Shown here: piece after piece, positions 42,388 to 53,888 of the stretch | Layout: each line of letters starts with the position of its first letter | Position numbering within the stretch: position 1 is the stretch's first letter | NCBI GenBank assembly: GCA_011523505.1 | Contig: WTGP01000019.1 | Coordinates: 287,980-351,979, forward strand | Source: Gammaproteobacteria bacterium | Lineage (GTDB): Bacteria; Pseudomonadota; Gammaproteobacteria; Steroidobacterales; Foliamicaceae | Reading direction: 5' to 3' | DNA length: 64,000 bases | The notes under the pieces: model-generated | What the model saw: the letters and a program-made list of their open reading frames with translations, nothing else | The model's database searches: none | Told to the model about the DNA's origin: nothing | Made by a program: the position numbers and the translations under genes

Positions 42388-43630
42388 TTTCAGTCACCTC
42401 CGTGGCCCAACTATAGGCCAACAATCCGTCGGCGAGCTTGGGTTCGAACCAGGTGGACTTGGGCGGCATGATCTCGCCGGCGCCGGCCACGTCCATCAGA
42501 GCCTGCATCGGCGTGGGGTAGAGCGCTATGGCAACCGACGCGTCGCCGCCGTCCACGCGCCGCTCCAGTTCCTCAAGACCGCGCGCGCCCCCCACGAAAT
42601 CGATGCGCGGGTCGGTGCGCGAGTCCTCAATGCCCAGAATCGGCGCCAGCAGATGTTCCCCCAACAGGCTGACGTCAAGACTGCCTACGGGATCTTTTTC
42701 TGGCGCAAGACCCGCACGCAGTCTCGCCCGGTGCCAGTTGCCGTCCAGGTAGAGTCCGTACTCGCGGGGTCGAGCGGGTCGCGCCGGCGCCGATGCAGCG
42801 GTCACCTCGAAACAGGCGGACAACGCTTCAAGGAACGACTCGTGGCTGTGCCCGTTCAGACCCGAGACGACGCGGTTGTAGTCGAGGATCCTCAATTCGT
42901 CGGCGGGAAAGGTGGCCCCGATCAGCCACTGCGCTTGCGGCCGTCCAGCATGCGCCGCCGCGGCCCGATTGCCCGCGGCCACGCGGTGGTGGCCGTCGGC
43001 GATGTACAACTCACCCAGATCGGCAAAAGCCTGCGTGATCCGTTCCATCGAGGACCCGTCATCCACCACCCAGACGCTGTGCCCGGTCACGGCGCCGCCC
43101 TGCTCCAGGGTGGCTTCGCAATCGGGCGCAGCCTGGGTTGCATCGGCAATCAGCTCAGCCAGGCCTTCGTGCGCTCGGTGCGCCAGCATGACCAGTCCGG
43201 TCTGCGATTCCAACGCCTGGATCAGCCTTGAACGCACGGTTTCCTTGTCGGGACGGGTCAGTTCGTGGCGGCGTAGCGTTCCCGCGCGATAGCTCTCCAC
43301 CGAAACCAGCAGCACGATACCAGTTTGCGCATGGTCCCCGCTCCGTACTCGATATATGTAATAGGCCGGTTTGGGATCACGGGCGATAACGCCGCTCGCC
43401 AGGAATTCATCAAGCGTCCGCCGCGCCCTGGAGTAGCCTTCCTCCGGCCCGCTGTTGCCGGAGTCGGACATGGTGGCCTCCGGCAGCGACAGGCGGAAGA
43501 AATCGTGGGGCCGACCGGCGATTCGTGCCCGGGCTTCGTCAATGCTCACTACGTCATACGGCGGAGCGATGGTCTCGGAAGCCTGTCCCGGCGAGGGACG
43601 CAATGCGCTGAAGGGTGCTACCTGAAGCAT
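42380..43630 (-). CDS. DUF1015 family protein
   Basis: MLQVAPFSALRPSPG....IAPPYDVVS, YIYRV..G..QTGIV, HELTRPDKE, LYIADGHHR and MPPKSTWFEPK(L) are the conserved DUF1015 blocks. Confidence 0.8.
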   Translation of the reverse strand: MLQVAPFSALRPSPGQASETIAPPYDVVSIDEARARIAGRPHDFFRLSLPEATMSDSGNSGPEEGYSRARRTLDEFLASGVIARDPKPAYYIYRVRSGDHAQTGIVLLVSVESYRAGTLRRHELTRPDKETVRSRLIQALESQTGLVMLAHRAHEGLAELIADATQAAPDCEATLEQGGAVTGHSVWVVDDGSSMERITQAFADLGELYIADGHHRVAAGNRAAAAHAGRPQAQWLIGATFPADELRILDYNRVVSGLNGHSHESFLEALSACFEVTAASAPARPARPREYGLYLDGNWHRARLRAGLAPEKDPVGSLDVSLLGEHLLAPILGIEDSRTDPRIDFVGGARGLEELERRVDGGDASVAIALYPTPMQALMDVAGAGEIMPPKSTWFEPKLADGLLAYSWATEVTENV

Positions 43631-43735
43631 GCGGGGGACCAGGCCGAAGCGCTCATTTGCGGCGAATCAAGAGTGCCCGCGAGGGGCATGTTGCGAGGGC
43701 TGGCGACCTCGCTCCCGGGGCTTCGATCATGGGAA

Positions 43736-45220
43736 TCAGATCAGGTCGAGCACTTCGAAGGCGACGCGGTCGCCGGACTCCAGCGCGCCTTCCATGCCGC
43801 GGTTGGCGACGGCCGTATGCTCGCCGCAGAAATGCACCCGGCCATGCTGTTTCCCCACCTCCGGCGCGTACTTCATGACCTGGCCCGGCTTCCAGACCGC
43901 CCAGTCGCCCACCGAGTCGGGATCGTTGAACCACGACTGGTAGGCCATGACCTCAAGCTGGCCCTTGGCGGCCGGGCGCAGGCGCTCGATGTCCGCAACG
44001 ATGCGGGCAGCGGCTTCTTCGTCGGACAACTTGTCCTGCGCCACCGCCGGCGCGCCGCGCGTCCAGCTCGTAAGGCTGGTGACTTCGTCCGGCGTGTCGC
44101 CCTTGCGCTCGCCGACCACCATTCCGGCCAGCGAATCGGTCCACATGTTGGGGGACAGGCCGTCGTCCTCCCAGAAGGGACGCTTCGCGACCATGTGCAA
44201 TTGGTTGAGTATCTGGGAATCGACGTTTTGCGCCGCCTCGGCCTGCAAACCTTCAAGCCCGGGCTCCAGGTTCAGGTGACGCAGCAGGGAGCATGGGAGC
44301 GAGCAGACCACGCGGCCGGCGTAATGGCGGCTGCCGTCCTCGCAATGCACTTCGACGCGGGAACCGGTATCGGTAATGCCCGTAACGCGGTGCTTCAGCA
44401 GCACCTCCGAATTCAGCGCAGCGGCCATGGCCTCGGGTATCGACTGGTTGCCGTTCACGGCCGTGTACGCGGACCCGCCGTCCGGCCCGGTAAACCCCTC
44501 CACGGCGGCCGCAAAGCGCATCGCGAACAGCACCAGCGCAGCGGACACCTCGTCGGCGTTGTTGCCCCAGCCCGGGTTGTTGTTGTAGCAGAGGTCCACG
44601 ATCGCATCGGTCTCGCCCTGACCGGTCAGGTATTCGCGCAGCGATACGTCCAGGTGGGCAAACTCGGGCGATACCCAGTCCGGCGGCGTCGGGTAGGGAT
44701 TGTTCGTGAACATCTTGAACCCCAGGTAGGCCCAGGGCGGGAACTGGCGGGACTGCTCCGGCAACGGGTTCAATGCGTGTGCGGGCCATTCCTCCATGGA
44801 AATAATCTCCCCGTTCAGGGCCAATGTGCGCACGCGGAAGAACTCGACCATCGCGTCCAGGTTCACCAGCCCTACGCCTAGCTCCTGGATGACCTGCATG
44901 AGGCGCGCGTAGCCGGCCCCGAAGCTCGTGCCTCCGGCTTCGGGCGAACCGGGGATATGCCGGTAGGACAGGACCCTTCCGCCCACGCGGTTGCGCGATT
45001 CCAGCACCTTGACGCTCAACCCTTCCGACTCGAGCAGTCGCGCCGCCTGCAGGCCGGACAGCCCGGCGCCGATCACGATCACATCGCTGTCCGTCGCCGG
45101 CAAGCCGTTACCGTTTGCAGCCGCGTTGTCTTCGGTGCTGGGGCTACGGCCGCAGCCGGCCAGCACGAATGCGGTGGCGCCGATGCCCTTTACCGCGTCC
45201 CGCCGATTGAATTTCCTCAC
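43736..45220 (-). CDS. flavin-containing amine oxidase family protein, Tat-signal lipoprotein
   Basis: GTG start preceded by GAGGAGGAGG. Signal VRKFNRRDAVKGIGATAFVLAGC. FAD motif VIVIGAGLSGLQAARLLESEGLSVKVLESRNRVGGR. C-terminal HFCGEHT. Confidence 0.8.
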   Translation of the reverse strand: MRKFNRRDAVKGIGATAFVLAGCGRSPSTEDNAAANGNGLPATDSDVIVIGAGLSGLQAARLLESEGLSVKVLESRNRVGGRVLSYRHIPGSPEAGGTSFGAGYARLMQVIQELGVGLVNLDAMVEFFRVRTLALNGEIISMEEWPAHALNPLPEQSRQFPPWAYLGFKMFTNNPYPTPPDWVSPEFAHLDVSLREYLTGQGETDAIVDLCYNNNPGWGNNADEVSAALVLFAMRFAAAVEGFTGPDGGSAYTAVNGNQSIPEAMAAALNSEVLLKHRVTGITDTGSRVEVHCEDGSRHYAGRVVCSLPCSLLRHLNLEPGLEGLQAEAAQNVDSQILNQLHMVAKRPFWEDDGLSPNMWTDSLAGMVVGERKGDTPDEVTSLTSWTRGAPAVAQDKLSDEEAAARIVADIERLRPAAKGQLEVMAYQSWFNDPDSVGDWAVWKPGQVMKYAPEVGKQHGRVHFCGEHTAVANRGMEGALESGDRVAFEVLDLI

Positions 45221-45313
45221 TGTTTCCCGCCTCCTCCTCGCTGGGATGGACGCAAGAGTATAAGGCCCGGCCACGGTTCCCGCCCGGTCCGGCGATGCGG
45301 ATAAACTGAGCGG

Positions 45314-47599
45314 ATGCGCTTATTGATTGCGGGCGGCGGACCGACCGGGCTGTACCTGGCCATTTCGATGCTGCGGCGCTCGCCGAGCCACCGAATCACC
45401 GTGCTGGAACGCAACCGGCCCGACGACACTTTCGGCTGGGGCGTGGTCTTTTCCGACGCGACGCTCGAAAACCTGACCGAGAACGACCCGAAGACGGCCG
45501 ACGAAATCCGCGGCCGTTTCACCCACTGGGACGACATCGAGGTGCACTATCGTGGCCGCAAACTCCTGTCCGGGGGCCACGGCTTCTGCGGAATCGGGCG
45601 CAAGCGGCTGCTGCGCATCCTCCAGCGCCGGGCCTCCGAACTGGGCGCGGAACTGCGTTTCGAGACCGAGGCGGAACCGGACCTCGACCTGTATCGAGAT
45701 CACGACCTGGTAGTTGCCACCGACGGCGTGAACAGCCGCTTCCGCCAGGCCTACGCTCCACACTTCGACGTGGAGATCCAGACCCGGCCCAATTACTTCC
45801 AGTGGCTTGGCACGGAAAAACACTTCGAGGCCTTCAACTTCATCTTCAGGGAACTTGACGAAGGCTGGATCTGGGCGCACGCCTACCGCTTCGAGGACGG
45901 CCTTTCGACCTTTATCCCCGAGTGCAGTCCCGGCACCTGGGAGCGGCTGGGGTTCGGCGAAATGGGCCAGGAGGAGAATTGCCGGGCGCTGGAAAAGATA
46001 TTCGCGCGGCATCTGGACGGACACCGGCTGATCAGCAATGCCGGTCATATCGAGGGGCACGCCTGGCTGAACTTTCGCCGGGTGCATTGCGGGAAGTGGC
46101 GCTACCGCAACCTGATCCTGGCCGGCGACGCGGCGCATACCGCACATTTCTCGATCGGTTCCGGCACCAAACTGGGGCTGGAGGACGCCATCGAACTGGC
46201 CGAGGCGCTGAACGGCGGCGGCGCCACCGACGAGGCTCTTCAGGAATACGAGGAGAGCCGCCGGCTGGAGGTGATCAAGCTGCAGTCGGCGGCGCGCAAT
46301 TCCACCGAGTGGTTCGAGAGCGTCCCCCGCTATGCGCGCTTCGCGCCGCAGCAGTTCAACTATTCGCTGCTGACCCGCAGCCAGCGGGTAAGCCACGAGA
46401 ACCTGAGGCTGCGCGACAGCCGCTGGCTAAAGCGGATGGAGCGCTGGTACAGCCGGCGGGAAACGGGCAGCGCCCGCGCGGTCGCGCCGATGTTCGTGCC
46501 TTATCGAATCAAGGAGCTGCAGTTGTCCAACCGCGTGGTGGTGGCGCCGATGGACATGTACAGCGCGGTGGACGGAACCGTTGGCGACTTTCACCTCGTG
46601 CACCTGGGGTCGCGCGCGCAGGGCGGCGCGGGACTGGTGTTCACGGAAATGAGTTGCGTGTCGCCCGAGGGGCGGATCACGCCGGGCTGCGCCGGCGTGT
46701 ACCGCCGTGAGCACGCCGAAGCCTACCGGCGCATCGTGGACTTCGTGCACGAACACAGCGAGGCCAGGATCGCACTACAGATCGGGCACTCCGGCCCCAA
46801 GGGCTCCACCCGTCTGATGTGGGACGGGATGGACCAGCCGCTGGAGTCCGGGAACTGGCCGGTGATGGGGCCCTCGGAGAAGACCTATCGGCGGGGCGGC
46901 CAGGTTCCCCGCCCCATGACGCGCGTCGACATGGACGAGGTCGTTGAACAGTTCCGGCAAGCCGCCCGGCTCGGACTTGAGGCCGGCTTCGACTGGCTGG
47001 AGCTGCACTGCGCCCACGGCTATCTGCTGTCTTCGTTCATCTCGCCGCTGTCCAACCGGCGCCGCGACGAATACGGCGGGTCGCTCAGGCGCCGCCTGCG
47101 GTTCCCGCTGGAGGTGCTGGAAGCCGTGCGCGACATCTGGCCGGACGAGCGGCCCCTGTCGGTGCGGATTTCGGCCACCGACTGGGTCAAGAGCGGCGTC
47201 ACCGGCGAGGATTCGGTAGAGATTGCCCGCGCCATGACCGCGGCCGGGGCGGACATCATTCACGTGTCGGCGGGACAAACCTCCACCCGCGCGCGGCCCG
47301 TCTACGGCCGCATGTTCCAGACGCCGTTCTCGGACCGGATCCGCAACGAGGCCGGCGTGCCCACGATCGCGGTCGGGAACATCTACGAGACCGACCACGT
47401 CAACAGCATCCTGGCCGCCGGCCGCGCCGACCTGTGCGCGCTGGCGAGGCCGCATCTCAGCGATCCGTACTGGACGCTGCACGCCTCTACGGCCCTGGGC
47501 CACGGCCGGCAGCACTGGCCCATACAATACCTTTCGGGCAAAGAACAGGCCGAGCGCCTTGCGGCCCGGGCGGCACTGTTGCAGGAAGCAGACATATGA
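45314..47599 (+). CDS. bifunctional FAD monooxygenase + Old-Yellow-Enzyme-type NADH:flavin oxidoreductase (salicylyl-CoA 5-hydroxylase / 2-aminobenzoyl-CoA monooxygenase-reductase family)
   Basis: N-terminal half: [23 protein letters not shown] and [21 protein letters not shown]-terminal half: [40 protein letters not shown] and AVGNI. 761 aa, the size of this fusion family. Confidence 0.8.
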   Translation: MRLLIAGGGPTGLYLAISMLRRSPSHRITVLERNRPDDTFGWGVVFSDATLENLTENDPKTADEIRGRFTHWDDIEVHYRGRKLLSGGHGFCGIGRKRLLRILQRRASELGAELRFETEAEPDLDLYRDHDLVVATDGVNSRFRQAYAPHFDVEIQTRPNYFQWLGTEKHFEAFNFIFRELDEGWIWAHAYRFEDGLSTFIPECSPGTWERLGFGEMGQEENCRALEKIFARHLDGHRLISNAGHIEGHAWLNFRRVHCGKWRYRNLILAGDAAHTAHFSIGSGTKLGLEDAIELAEALNGGGATDEALQEYEESRRLEVIKLQSAARNSTEWFESVPRYARFAPQQFNYSLLTRSQRVSHENLRLRDSRWLKRMERWYSRRETGSARAVAPMFVPYRIKELQLSNRVVVAPMDMYSAVDGTVGDFHLVHLGSRAQGGAGLVFTEMSCVSPEGRITPGCAGVYRREHAEAYRRIVDFVHEHSEARIALQIGHSGPKGSTRLMWDGMDQPLESGNWPVMGPSEKTYRRGGQVPRPMTRVDMDEVVEQFRQAARLGLEAGFDWLELHCAHGYLLSSFISPLSNRRRDEYGGSLRRRLRFPLEVLEAVRDIWPDERPLSVRISATDWVKSGVTGEDSVEIARAMTAAGADIIHVSAGQTSTRARPVYGRMFQTPFSDRIRNEAGVPTIAVGNIYETDHVNSILAAGRADLCALARPHLSDPYWTLHASTALGHGRQHWPIQYLSGKEQAERLAARAALLQEADI

Positions 47600-48396
47600 A
47601 CTTGAGTCCGGAGCATTTCCTGATGGAATTGCGCGGGCGCGTGGCCGTCATTACGCTCAATCGCCCGGAGCGCAAGAACCCGCTGACGTTCGACTCGTAT
47701 GCGGAACTTCGCGACACTTTCCTGGCGCTGGATCGCCATGCGGAGCCTCGCGCAGTCGTGATTCATGGCGCGGGCGGAAATTTCTGCTCGGGCGGAGACG
47801 TGCACGAGATCATCGGCCCGCTGCTGGAAATGAACGGGAAGGATCTCCTGAACTTCACCCGCATGACCGGCGACCTGGTGAAGGCCATGCGCTCTTGTCC
47901 CCTGCCCGTCATCGCCGCCATCGACGGCATTTGCGCCGGGGCCGGAGCGGCGATCGCCATGGCCGCCGACCTCAGGGTCGGCACGGCGCGCAGCCGGACC
48001 GCTTTTCTTTTCACCCGCGTGGGACTGGCGGGCTGCGACATGGGGGCCTGCGCCCTGCTGCCGCGCATCATCGGGCAGGGGCGGGCAACGGAATTGTTGC
48101 TGACCGGACGTTCGATGAACGGCGACGAGGCGCGGGAAACCGGTTTTTTCAATCGCCTCGCGGAACCGGAACGGCTTCTGGACGAAAGCCTCGAGTGGGC
48201 CGGGCAACTGGCGTCGGGTCCCAACTTCGCGCACGCCATGACCAAGAACCAGCTGAACCTGGAGTGGGACATGCCCCTGGACCTGGCGATCGAGTCGGAA
48301 GCGCAGGCGCAGGCCATCTGCATGCAGACCAATGATTTCCGCCGCGCCTACGAGGCGTTCGTGAAGCGCGAGCGACCGGAATTCAGGGGAGACTGA
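47596..48396 (+). CDS. enoyl-CoA hydratase/isomerase (crotonase) family protein
   Basis: ATGA overlap with the upstream gene. [48 protein letters not shown] and LLLTGRSM. Confidence 0.85.
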   Translation: MNLSPEHFLMELRGRVAVITLNRPERKNPLTFDSYAELRDTFLALDRHAEPRAVVIHGAGGNFCSGGDVHEIIGPLLEMNGKDLLNFTRMTGDLVKAMRSCPLPVIAAIDGICAGAGAAIAMAADLRVGTARSRTAFLFTRVGLAGCDMGACALLPRIIGQGRATELLLTGRSMNGDEARETGFFNRLAEPERLLDESLEWAGQLASGPNFAHAMTKNQLNLEWDMPLDLAIESEAQAQAICMQTNDFRRAYEAFVKRERPEFRGD

Positions 48397-48402
48397 CCGG
48401 AA

Positions 48403-49056
48403 GTGAGCGTGCTGCGCCCCAGCCAGGCCGATCTGCTTCGCCTTGCGCTCGACACCGGCGCCTTGCTGTTCGGCGAATTCACGACCAAGGGCGGGCGGGC
48501 AAGCCCCTATTTCTTCAACTCCTCGAAGCTGTGCACCGGACGCGGCTCGCTGGTGGCGGGACAGGCCCTGGCGGAGGCGGCCATTGGATCGGGACCGCGC
48601 TTCGACATGCTGTTCGGGGCGGCCTACAAGGGCATACCGCTGGCCGCCATTACGTCGCTGGCCCTGGCGCAGGGCTACGGCCTGGACGTCCCGTACGCCT
48701 ACAACCGAAAGGAGCGCAAGGGTCATGGCGAAGGCGGAGTAGTAGTCGGAGCGGAACTGAGCGGCCGCGTGCTGATCGTCGATGACGTGCTGACGGCCGG
48801 CACCTCCGCGCGCGAGGCGGTGGGTCTGGTGCAGAATGCCGGCGCCCAGCCCGTGGGCCTGCTGTTGCTGCTGGACCGGCAGGAGCGCGGTTCCGGCAAG
48901 CTCAGCGCGGCGGGCGAACTGGCCAACCGTTTCGGTTTGGGCGTGTGCTCCGTATTCGGACTGGACAGCCTGCTCGGTGCGATGCGCGCGACCGGAATGG
49001 ACCCCGACGCACAGGAGCGGATCGCGGCCTACCGAAAGAAATACGGCGCGCCCTGA
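48403..49056 (+). CDS. pyrE: orotate phosphoribosyltransferase
   Basis: GALLFGEFTTKGGRASPYFFN, GAAYKGIPLA, YNRKERKGHGEGG and VLIVDDVLTAGTS (PRPP motif). GTG start. Confidence 0.9.
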   Translation: MSVLRPSQADLLRLALDTGALLFGEFTTKGGRASPYFFNSSKLCTGRGSLVAGQALAEAAIGSGPRFDMLFGAAYKGIPLAAITSLALAQGYGLDVPYAYNRKERKGHGEGGVVVGAELSGRVLIVDDVLTAGTSAREAVGLVQNAGAQPVGLLLLLDRQERGSGKLSAAGELANRFGLGVCSVFGLDSLLGAMRATGMDPDAQERIAAYRKKYGAP

Positions 49057-49062
49057 CCCTCT

Positions 49063-49539
49063 TCAGGTGCGGCCGGTGTGGCCGAAGCCGCCTTCGCCCC
49101 GCTCGGACGCGGTGAATTCCTCGACCACCTCAAAGCCCGCCCGCGCTACCGGCAACAGCACCAGTTGCGCCACCCGCATTCCGTCCTCCAGCACGAAGGG
49201 TTTGTCGCCGCGGTTCCAGCACGACATCATGATCTCGCCCTGGTAGTCGGAGTCGATCAGTCCCACCAGGTTGCCGAGCACCACGCCGTGCTTGTGGCCG
49301 AGGCCGGAGCGCGGAAGTATGATCGCGGCAAGTTCGGGATCGGCGATATGCAGGGCGATGCCGGTGTGCACCAGGCGGGTCTCGCCCGGATTGAGCGTCA
49401 GCGGCCCGTCCAGGCAGGCGCGAAGGTCCATGCCGGCCGATCCCCGCGTTTCGTAATGGGGCAGGCGGGCCTTTTCATTGAGAATCCGTAGCTGGATCGC
49501 GCAACCCGGCTGATCCGCGGGTCGCGCCGGTGGGCTCAC
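49063..49539 (-). CDS. dut: dUTP diphosphatase
   Basis: [39 protein letters not shown] and [11 protein letters not shown] are near-identical to the E. coli Dut motifs. GTG start overlapping the coaBC stop (GTGA). The track ORF's first 43 aa are shadow. Confidence 0.9.
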   Translation of the reverse strand: MSPPARPADQPGCAIQLRILNEKARLPHYETRGSAGMDLRACLDGPLTLNPGETRLVHTGIALHIADPELAAIILPRSGLGHKHGVVLGNLVGLIDSDYQGEIMMSCWNRGDKPFVLEDGMRVAQLVLLPVARAGFEVVEEFTASERGEGGFGHTGRT

Positions 49540-50771
49540 TGCGCCGAACTCCGGGTCCGCAGCAGCGTTACCTTCTCCAGGCCGCATCGTTCGGCGATCA
49601 GGCCGATCAACTGCCGCGCCATCTCCGGCTTGGTGCACTTTCCGATCCGCCGGCCGCCGCCTTCCCACACGACCCTCGCCGACGTCTCCACGTCACCGAA
49701 CCCGCGGCCCTCGCCGACCCGGTTGCCGACCACCATGTCCACGCCCTTGGCCTCAAGCTTGGCTCGTGCGTTCTCTTCCACCTGCTGGGTCTCGGCGGCA
49801 AAGCCGACCAGGAAAGGCCGTTCGGGCAGTCGGGCCACGCCGGCCAGAATGTCGGGTGACGGCTTGAGTTCCAGCGCCTGGGCGGATTCCCGGCGCTTCA
49901 GCTTTTTCGGGCTGTAATGCGCCGGAGTGTAGTCCGACACGGCAGCGCAGGCGATGAAAACGTGGCAGTCGGGCGCCCGCTCCATCACCGCGTCGAGCAT
50001 TTCCCCGGCGGTAACCACGTCCAGGCGCTCGACTCCCGGCGGCGTGGACCGCGACGTGGGACCGGTCACCAGCTGAACGTCGGCGCCGGCCCGCGCCGCC
50101 GCGTCGGCGAGTTCGAATCCCATCGTCCCGGTGCTCCGGTTGGACAGGAAGCGCACCGGATCGATCGGCTCCCGCGTCGGTCCGGCCGTAATCAGCACGC
50201 GCTGTCCGGCGAGTTGGTCCGACACGCCGACGCTCCGCTCCACCGCCTCGACAATCTCCGGAACGGCGCTCATGCGGCCCTCGCCCACATCGCCGCAGGC
50301 CTGCTGTCCGTGATCGGGACCCACCAGTACGCATCCGCGTTCGCGCAGCGCGGCGCAGTTTTCCTGCGTGGCCCGGTTGCTCCACATATTGCGATTCATG
50401 GCCGGCGCCACCAGCACCGGAGCATTGCTCGCCAGGCATAGCGTGCCGAGCAGGTCGGAGGCTTCGCCGCGAGCCAGGCGCGCGATGGTATTCGCGGTAG
50501 CGGGGGCGATGACGATGCAGTCCGCCCACCTGGCCAGCTCGATATGGCTCATCGCCGCCTCCGCGGCCTCGTCCCATAGCGAGCTGCGGGCCGGCGCCCC
50601 CGTAACGGCCTGCATCAGAAGCGGGGAAATCAGCTTCGCGCCGCCTTCGGTCAGGACCGCGCGAACCTCGGCGCCATGCTCGGCCAGCCGGCGGGCCAGC
50701 TCCGGGGCACGGTACGCGGCGACGCTGCCGCTCACGCCCAGCAGGATCTTCTTGTTCGTCAGGATGTGCAT
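49536..50771 (-). CDS. coaBC: bifunctional phosphopantothenoylcysteine decarboxylase / phosphopantothenate--cysteine ligase
   Basis: [19 protein letters not shown] (flavoprotein domain), [30 protein letters not shown] and AAVSDY. Confidence 0.95.
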   Translation of the reverse strand: MHILTNKKILLGVSGSVAAYRAPELARRLAEHGAEVRAVLTEGGAKLISPLLMQAVTGAPARSSLWDEAAEAAMSHIELARWADCIVIAPATANTIARLARGEASDLLGTLCLASNAPVLVAPAMNRNMWSNRATQENCAALRERGCVLVGPDHGQQACGDVGEGRMSAVPEIVEAVERSVGVSDQLAGQRVLITAGPTREPIDPVRFLSNRSTGTMGFELADAAARAGADVQLVTGPTSRSTPPGVERLDVVTAGEMLDAVMERAPDCHVFIACAAVSDYTPAHYSPKKLKRRESAQALELKPSPDILAGVARLPERPFLVGFAAETQQVEENARAKLEAKGVDMVVGNRVGEGRGFGDVETSARVVWEGGGRRIGKCTKPEMARQLIGLIAERCGLEKVTLLRTRSSAQ

Positions 50772-50877
50772 TTCCGCCGCCCATTATCCCAGCAAACGCC
50801 GGTGTCGCGTCATTTCTTTGCAAACGCGCGGCCATTCGGCCTTTGCCGCGCGCCCGCTGGCTTGCACACTGCACAGC

Positions 50878-51561
50878 ATGGCCGGTTCAAGGATTAGCCA
50901 GTGGCCGAGCTCCACGCGCCCCCGGGAACGGTTACTGAACGAGGGAGTCGACAGCGTGTCGGATGCCGAACTGCTTTGCATTCTCCTGGGATCGGGCGCC
51001 GCCGGCATGTCGGCGCTGGAGCTTGCGCAGGAGTTGCTGGTGCGCTTCGGCGGCCTGCGCGGGATATTCGCGGCCACGCCCCGCGAACTCGCCGGGGTGC
51101 ACGGAATCGGCGCGGCCAAGGCCACCGTGATCGCGGCCGCCCGCGAATGCTATGCCCGGTCGCTGAAGGAAAAGATCACTACAGGGCGCCGGCTTGGCAA
51201 TTCGGCCGACAGCGAGCGCTTTCTGCTGGCCCGGCTGCGGGACCGCCGCTACGAGACCTTCTGCTGCATGTTTCTCGATTGCCGGAACCGGGTGCTGGCC
51301 TTCGAAGAGATCTTTCACGGCACCCTCGACAGCGCCATGGTCTATCCGCGGGAAATCGTGCGACGCGCCATGGAACGCAACGCGGCGGCGGTCATTCTTG
51401 CTCACAACCATCCGTCCGGCGTCGCCGAGCCCAGCCAGGCGGACCACCTGATTACCGAACGCATCCGCAAGGCGCTGGAATTGATCGACGTGCGGGTGCT
51501 GGACCACTTCATCGTCGGACACGACGGATGCGCTTCGCTCGCGCGCCTGGGGGCGCTTTAG
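50878..51561 (+). CDS. radC: RadC-family (JAB/MPN domain) protein
   Basis: RPRERLLNEGVDSVSDAELLCILLGSG (HhH N-domain) and AAVILAHNHPSGVAEPSQAD (JAMM HxHPSG..S..D motif). Confidence 0.9.
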   Translation: MAGSRISQWPSSTRPRERLLNEGVDSVSDAELLCILLGSGAAGMSALELAQELLVRFGGLRGIFAATPRELAGVHGIGAAKATVIAAARECYARSLKEKITTGRRLGNSADSERFLLARLRDRRYETFCCMFLDCRNRVLAFEEIFHGTLDSAMVYPREIVRRAMERNAAAVILAHNHPSGVAEPSQADHLITERIRKALELIDVRVLDHFIVGHDGCASLARLGAL

Positions 51562-51575
51562 TACCGTGTAAAGCT

Positions 51576-51911
51576 TCAGTCTGGGAGCAAGCCCAGCGCC
51601 CCTTCACGGGTCGCATGCACCGGAATGATCTTGTCGAACCCGGTCATCTCGAAAACGACCCTGACGCGCGGCGCCATGCAGCACAGCGCGAATTTAACGC
51701 CCTGATCCTGCAATTCCCTGGCGATCATCAGGAAAGCGCTCAGTCCCGCGCTGCTGATTTCCGTCACTTCATGGCAATCGACGACGACCGCTTTTTCGTC
51801 GCCCAGCACTGCCTGCATGGAACGCGTGAAGTCGGAAGCGCTCGGTCCGTCGATACGGCCCGCCGCGTAGGCGATCAGCGTCCCGTTTAGAGTCTCGGTG
51901 CGAATCTGCAT
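51576..51911 (-). CDS. STAS-domain protein (anti-sigma-factor antagonist-like)
   Basis: 111 aa. VVVDCHEVTEISSAGLSAFLMIAREL....ALCCMAPRVRVVFEMTGFDKIIPV fits the SpoIIAA/STAS pattern. Confidence 0.8.
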   Translation of the reverse strand: MQIRTETLNGTLIAYAAGRIDGPSASDFTRSMQAVLGDEKAVVVDCHEVTEISSAGLSAFLMIARELQDQGVKFALCCMAPRVRVVFEMTGFDKIIPVHATREGALGLLPD

Positions 51912-52008
51912 CGGACCAGTGGCTCCCCCCGCCCCCTGTCAAAGCCAACGCTCCGTGCATTCTAGCACCCGCGGCCACCCGCGACGGGGCGCGCGATGCG
52001 CGCTGAAA

Positions 52009-52164
52009 CTACTTGATCTTGGCTTCCTTGTAGGTGACGTGCTTGCGCGCGCGCGGGTCGTATTTCTTCACTTCCATCTTCTCCGGGTGCGTCCTGCGGT
52101 TCTTGGTGGTGGTATAGAAGTGACCGGTCCCGGCCGTGGAAACCAACCTGATTTTTTCCCGCAT
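52009..52164 (-). CDS. rpmG: 50S ribosomal protein L33
   Basis: Hand-translated 51 aa: [51 protein letters not shown]. Absent from the ORF track because it is under 60 aa. Confidence 0.9.
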   Translation of the reverse strand: MREKIRLVSTAGTGHFYTTTKNRRTHPEKMEVKKYDPRARKHVTYKEAKIK

Positions 52165-52188
52165 GCCGTTAACTCCCCGGGCCGCGCC

Positions 52189-52425
52189 TTATACGCGATC
52201 GCCTGCCGCGCGCAGATTCGCCAGCACCGTGTCGATGCCGTCACGGTCGATGATCTTCAGTCCCTTGCGCGAAACGCGCAGCGTGACATAGCGATTTTCG
52301 CTCGCCACCCAGAAGCGGTGCTTGTGGAGGTTGGGCAGGAAACGGCGCCGGCGCTTGTTATGCGCGTGCGAAACGGTGTTCCCCGACATGGGCCGTTTCC
52401 CCGTGACCTGACATACGCGTGACAT
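52189..52425 (-). CDS. rpmB: 50S ribosomal protein L28
   Basis: C-terminal 78 aa of track ORF 52189..53820: [64 protein letters not shown]... Confidence 0.95.
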   Translation of the reverse strand: MSRVCQVTGKRPMSGNTVSHAHNKRRRRFLPNLHKHRFWVASENRYVTLRVSRKGLKIIDRDGIDTVLANLRAAGDRV

Positions 52426-52484
52426 GTTATTTCCCCGGCGAGCGCCGACTGAGGGCGGCATTGTATAGCAAGGGAAAGGCGGAA

Positions 52485-53888
52485 TCAGCGGGGGCGGCGC
52501 GATCCGAAGTATGCGATCGCCATGGTCAGGATCAGCGGAAGCAGGCGTTCGGCCCAGTCGCCCGGCGTGTTTTCCTGCCAGTTCAGCAGCACCGTAAACA
52601 CGAAACCGCAGCAAAGCACGGCCAGCGCATAGGCGGGCCGCACGGGTCGGCGCAGCACCGTCATGACCACCAGCGGCGCGAACGAGGCGCCCAGGGCGTG
52701 CCAGGCGAACAGCACCCGGGTGAAGATCGCCTCGGGCGCGAACAGCGCAATCATCGTGGCGCCGGCCGTAATCAGGGTCACAACGACGTAGGTGGACCTG
52801 AGGCCCTTGCGCTCGCGCACACGCTCCAGCCGCCAGTCGCGCGAGGCGGCGGCCGCGCCAGCCAGAAGCTGGCTGTCGGCGGTGGACATGATGGCGCTGA
52901 GCACCGCCGCGATCACCAGGCCCGACAGTACCGGGGGCAGAAGGGTGGCGGCGGTCTCGAACAGGACCGTCTCCGGGTTTCCCAGGCCGGTAAACAGCAC
53001 CCTTCCGGCCAGGCCCAGCGCGGTCATGCCGGAGAGCACCAGCACCACCCAGGAGAGGGCGATGATCCGGCCCTGACGAATGGCCTTGTCGTCCCGAGCC
53101 GCCATGTAGCGGTTGACCACATGCGGTTGTCCGGGCTGGGCAAGACCCACGGAAAGGCAGCCGATCACGAATCCCAGGCCGGCAATGCCCGCGTTGGCGG
53201 GCGTCAGCCGCAACGCACCATCGTCGGCAAGCACAGCCTGCGCCGATCCGCCCAGGTCCGCGAGGGCGAACAGGGCGACTGCCGGCAGGGCGATTGCCAC
53301 GAAAACCATCAGCAGGCCCTGCAGCGTGTCGGTAACGCTCACCGCCAGGAAGCCTCCAAGCAGCGTATAGGCCAGGATGATCGCGGCCCCCAGAATGATG
53401 CTGGTGTTGCCGGGCAGGCCCAGCGCCTGGCTGAAGGCGTCGCCGGCGGCCTGGAACTGCGCGGCGACATAGAACACGAACGAAATCAGGATGATCAGCG
53501 AAGCGACCTTGCGCGAGGCGCGCCGCACAGCGTCGTCGCCGTCGCCCAGGAGCAGTTCGGTAAGGGTCAGCGCGCCGGTCCTGCTTGCGATCACGCGCAG
53601 CCGCGGCCCGATCCAGAACCAGTTGATGATGTAGCCCAGGATCACGCCACCGCAAAGCCAGACGGCAGGCAGTCCCTGGGTCAGCGCAAAACCGCTGACG
53701 CCAAGCAGGGTCCAGGCCGATGCCGCGCTGGCCGAGGAACTGATGGACGTGACCCAGGCGCCGATGCTCCTGCCGCCCAGGAAGAACTCGCCCTGGTCCT
53801 GCGAACGGCGCCATGCCCACAGGCCGATGCCGAGCAGGACCAGCTTGTAGCAGATCAGCGTTGTGATTACGGTTGCGTTGCTACTCAT
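52485..53888 (-). CDS. sodium:solute symporter (SSS) family, PutP (Na+/proline)-like, copy 1
   Basis: [45 protein letters not shown] and ALTLTELL parallel the PutP N-terminal blocks. About 13 TM. Confidence 0.85.
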   Translation of the reverse strand: MSSNATVITTLICYKLVLLGIGLWAWRRSQDQGEFFLGGRSIGAWVTSISSSASAASAWTLLGVSGFALTQGLPAVWLCGGVILGYIINWFWIGPRLRVIASRTGALTLTELLLGDGDDAVRRASRKVASLIILISFVFYVAAQFQAAGDAFSQALGLPGNTSIILGAAIILAYTLLGGFLAVSVTDTLQGLLMVFVAIALPAVALFALADLGGSAQAVLADDGALRLTPANAGIAGLGFVIGCLSVGLAQPGQPHVVNRYMAARDDKAIRQGRIIALSWVVLVLSGMTALGLAGRVLFTGLGNPETVLFETAATLLPPVLSGLVIAAVLSAIMSTADSQLLAGAAAASRDWRLERVRERKGLRSTYVVVTLITAGATMIALFAPEAIFTRVLFAWHALGASFAPLVVMTVLRRPVRPAYALAVLCCGFVFTVLLNWQENTPGDWAERLLPLILTMAIAYFGSRRPR

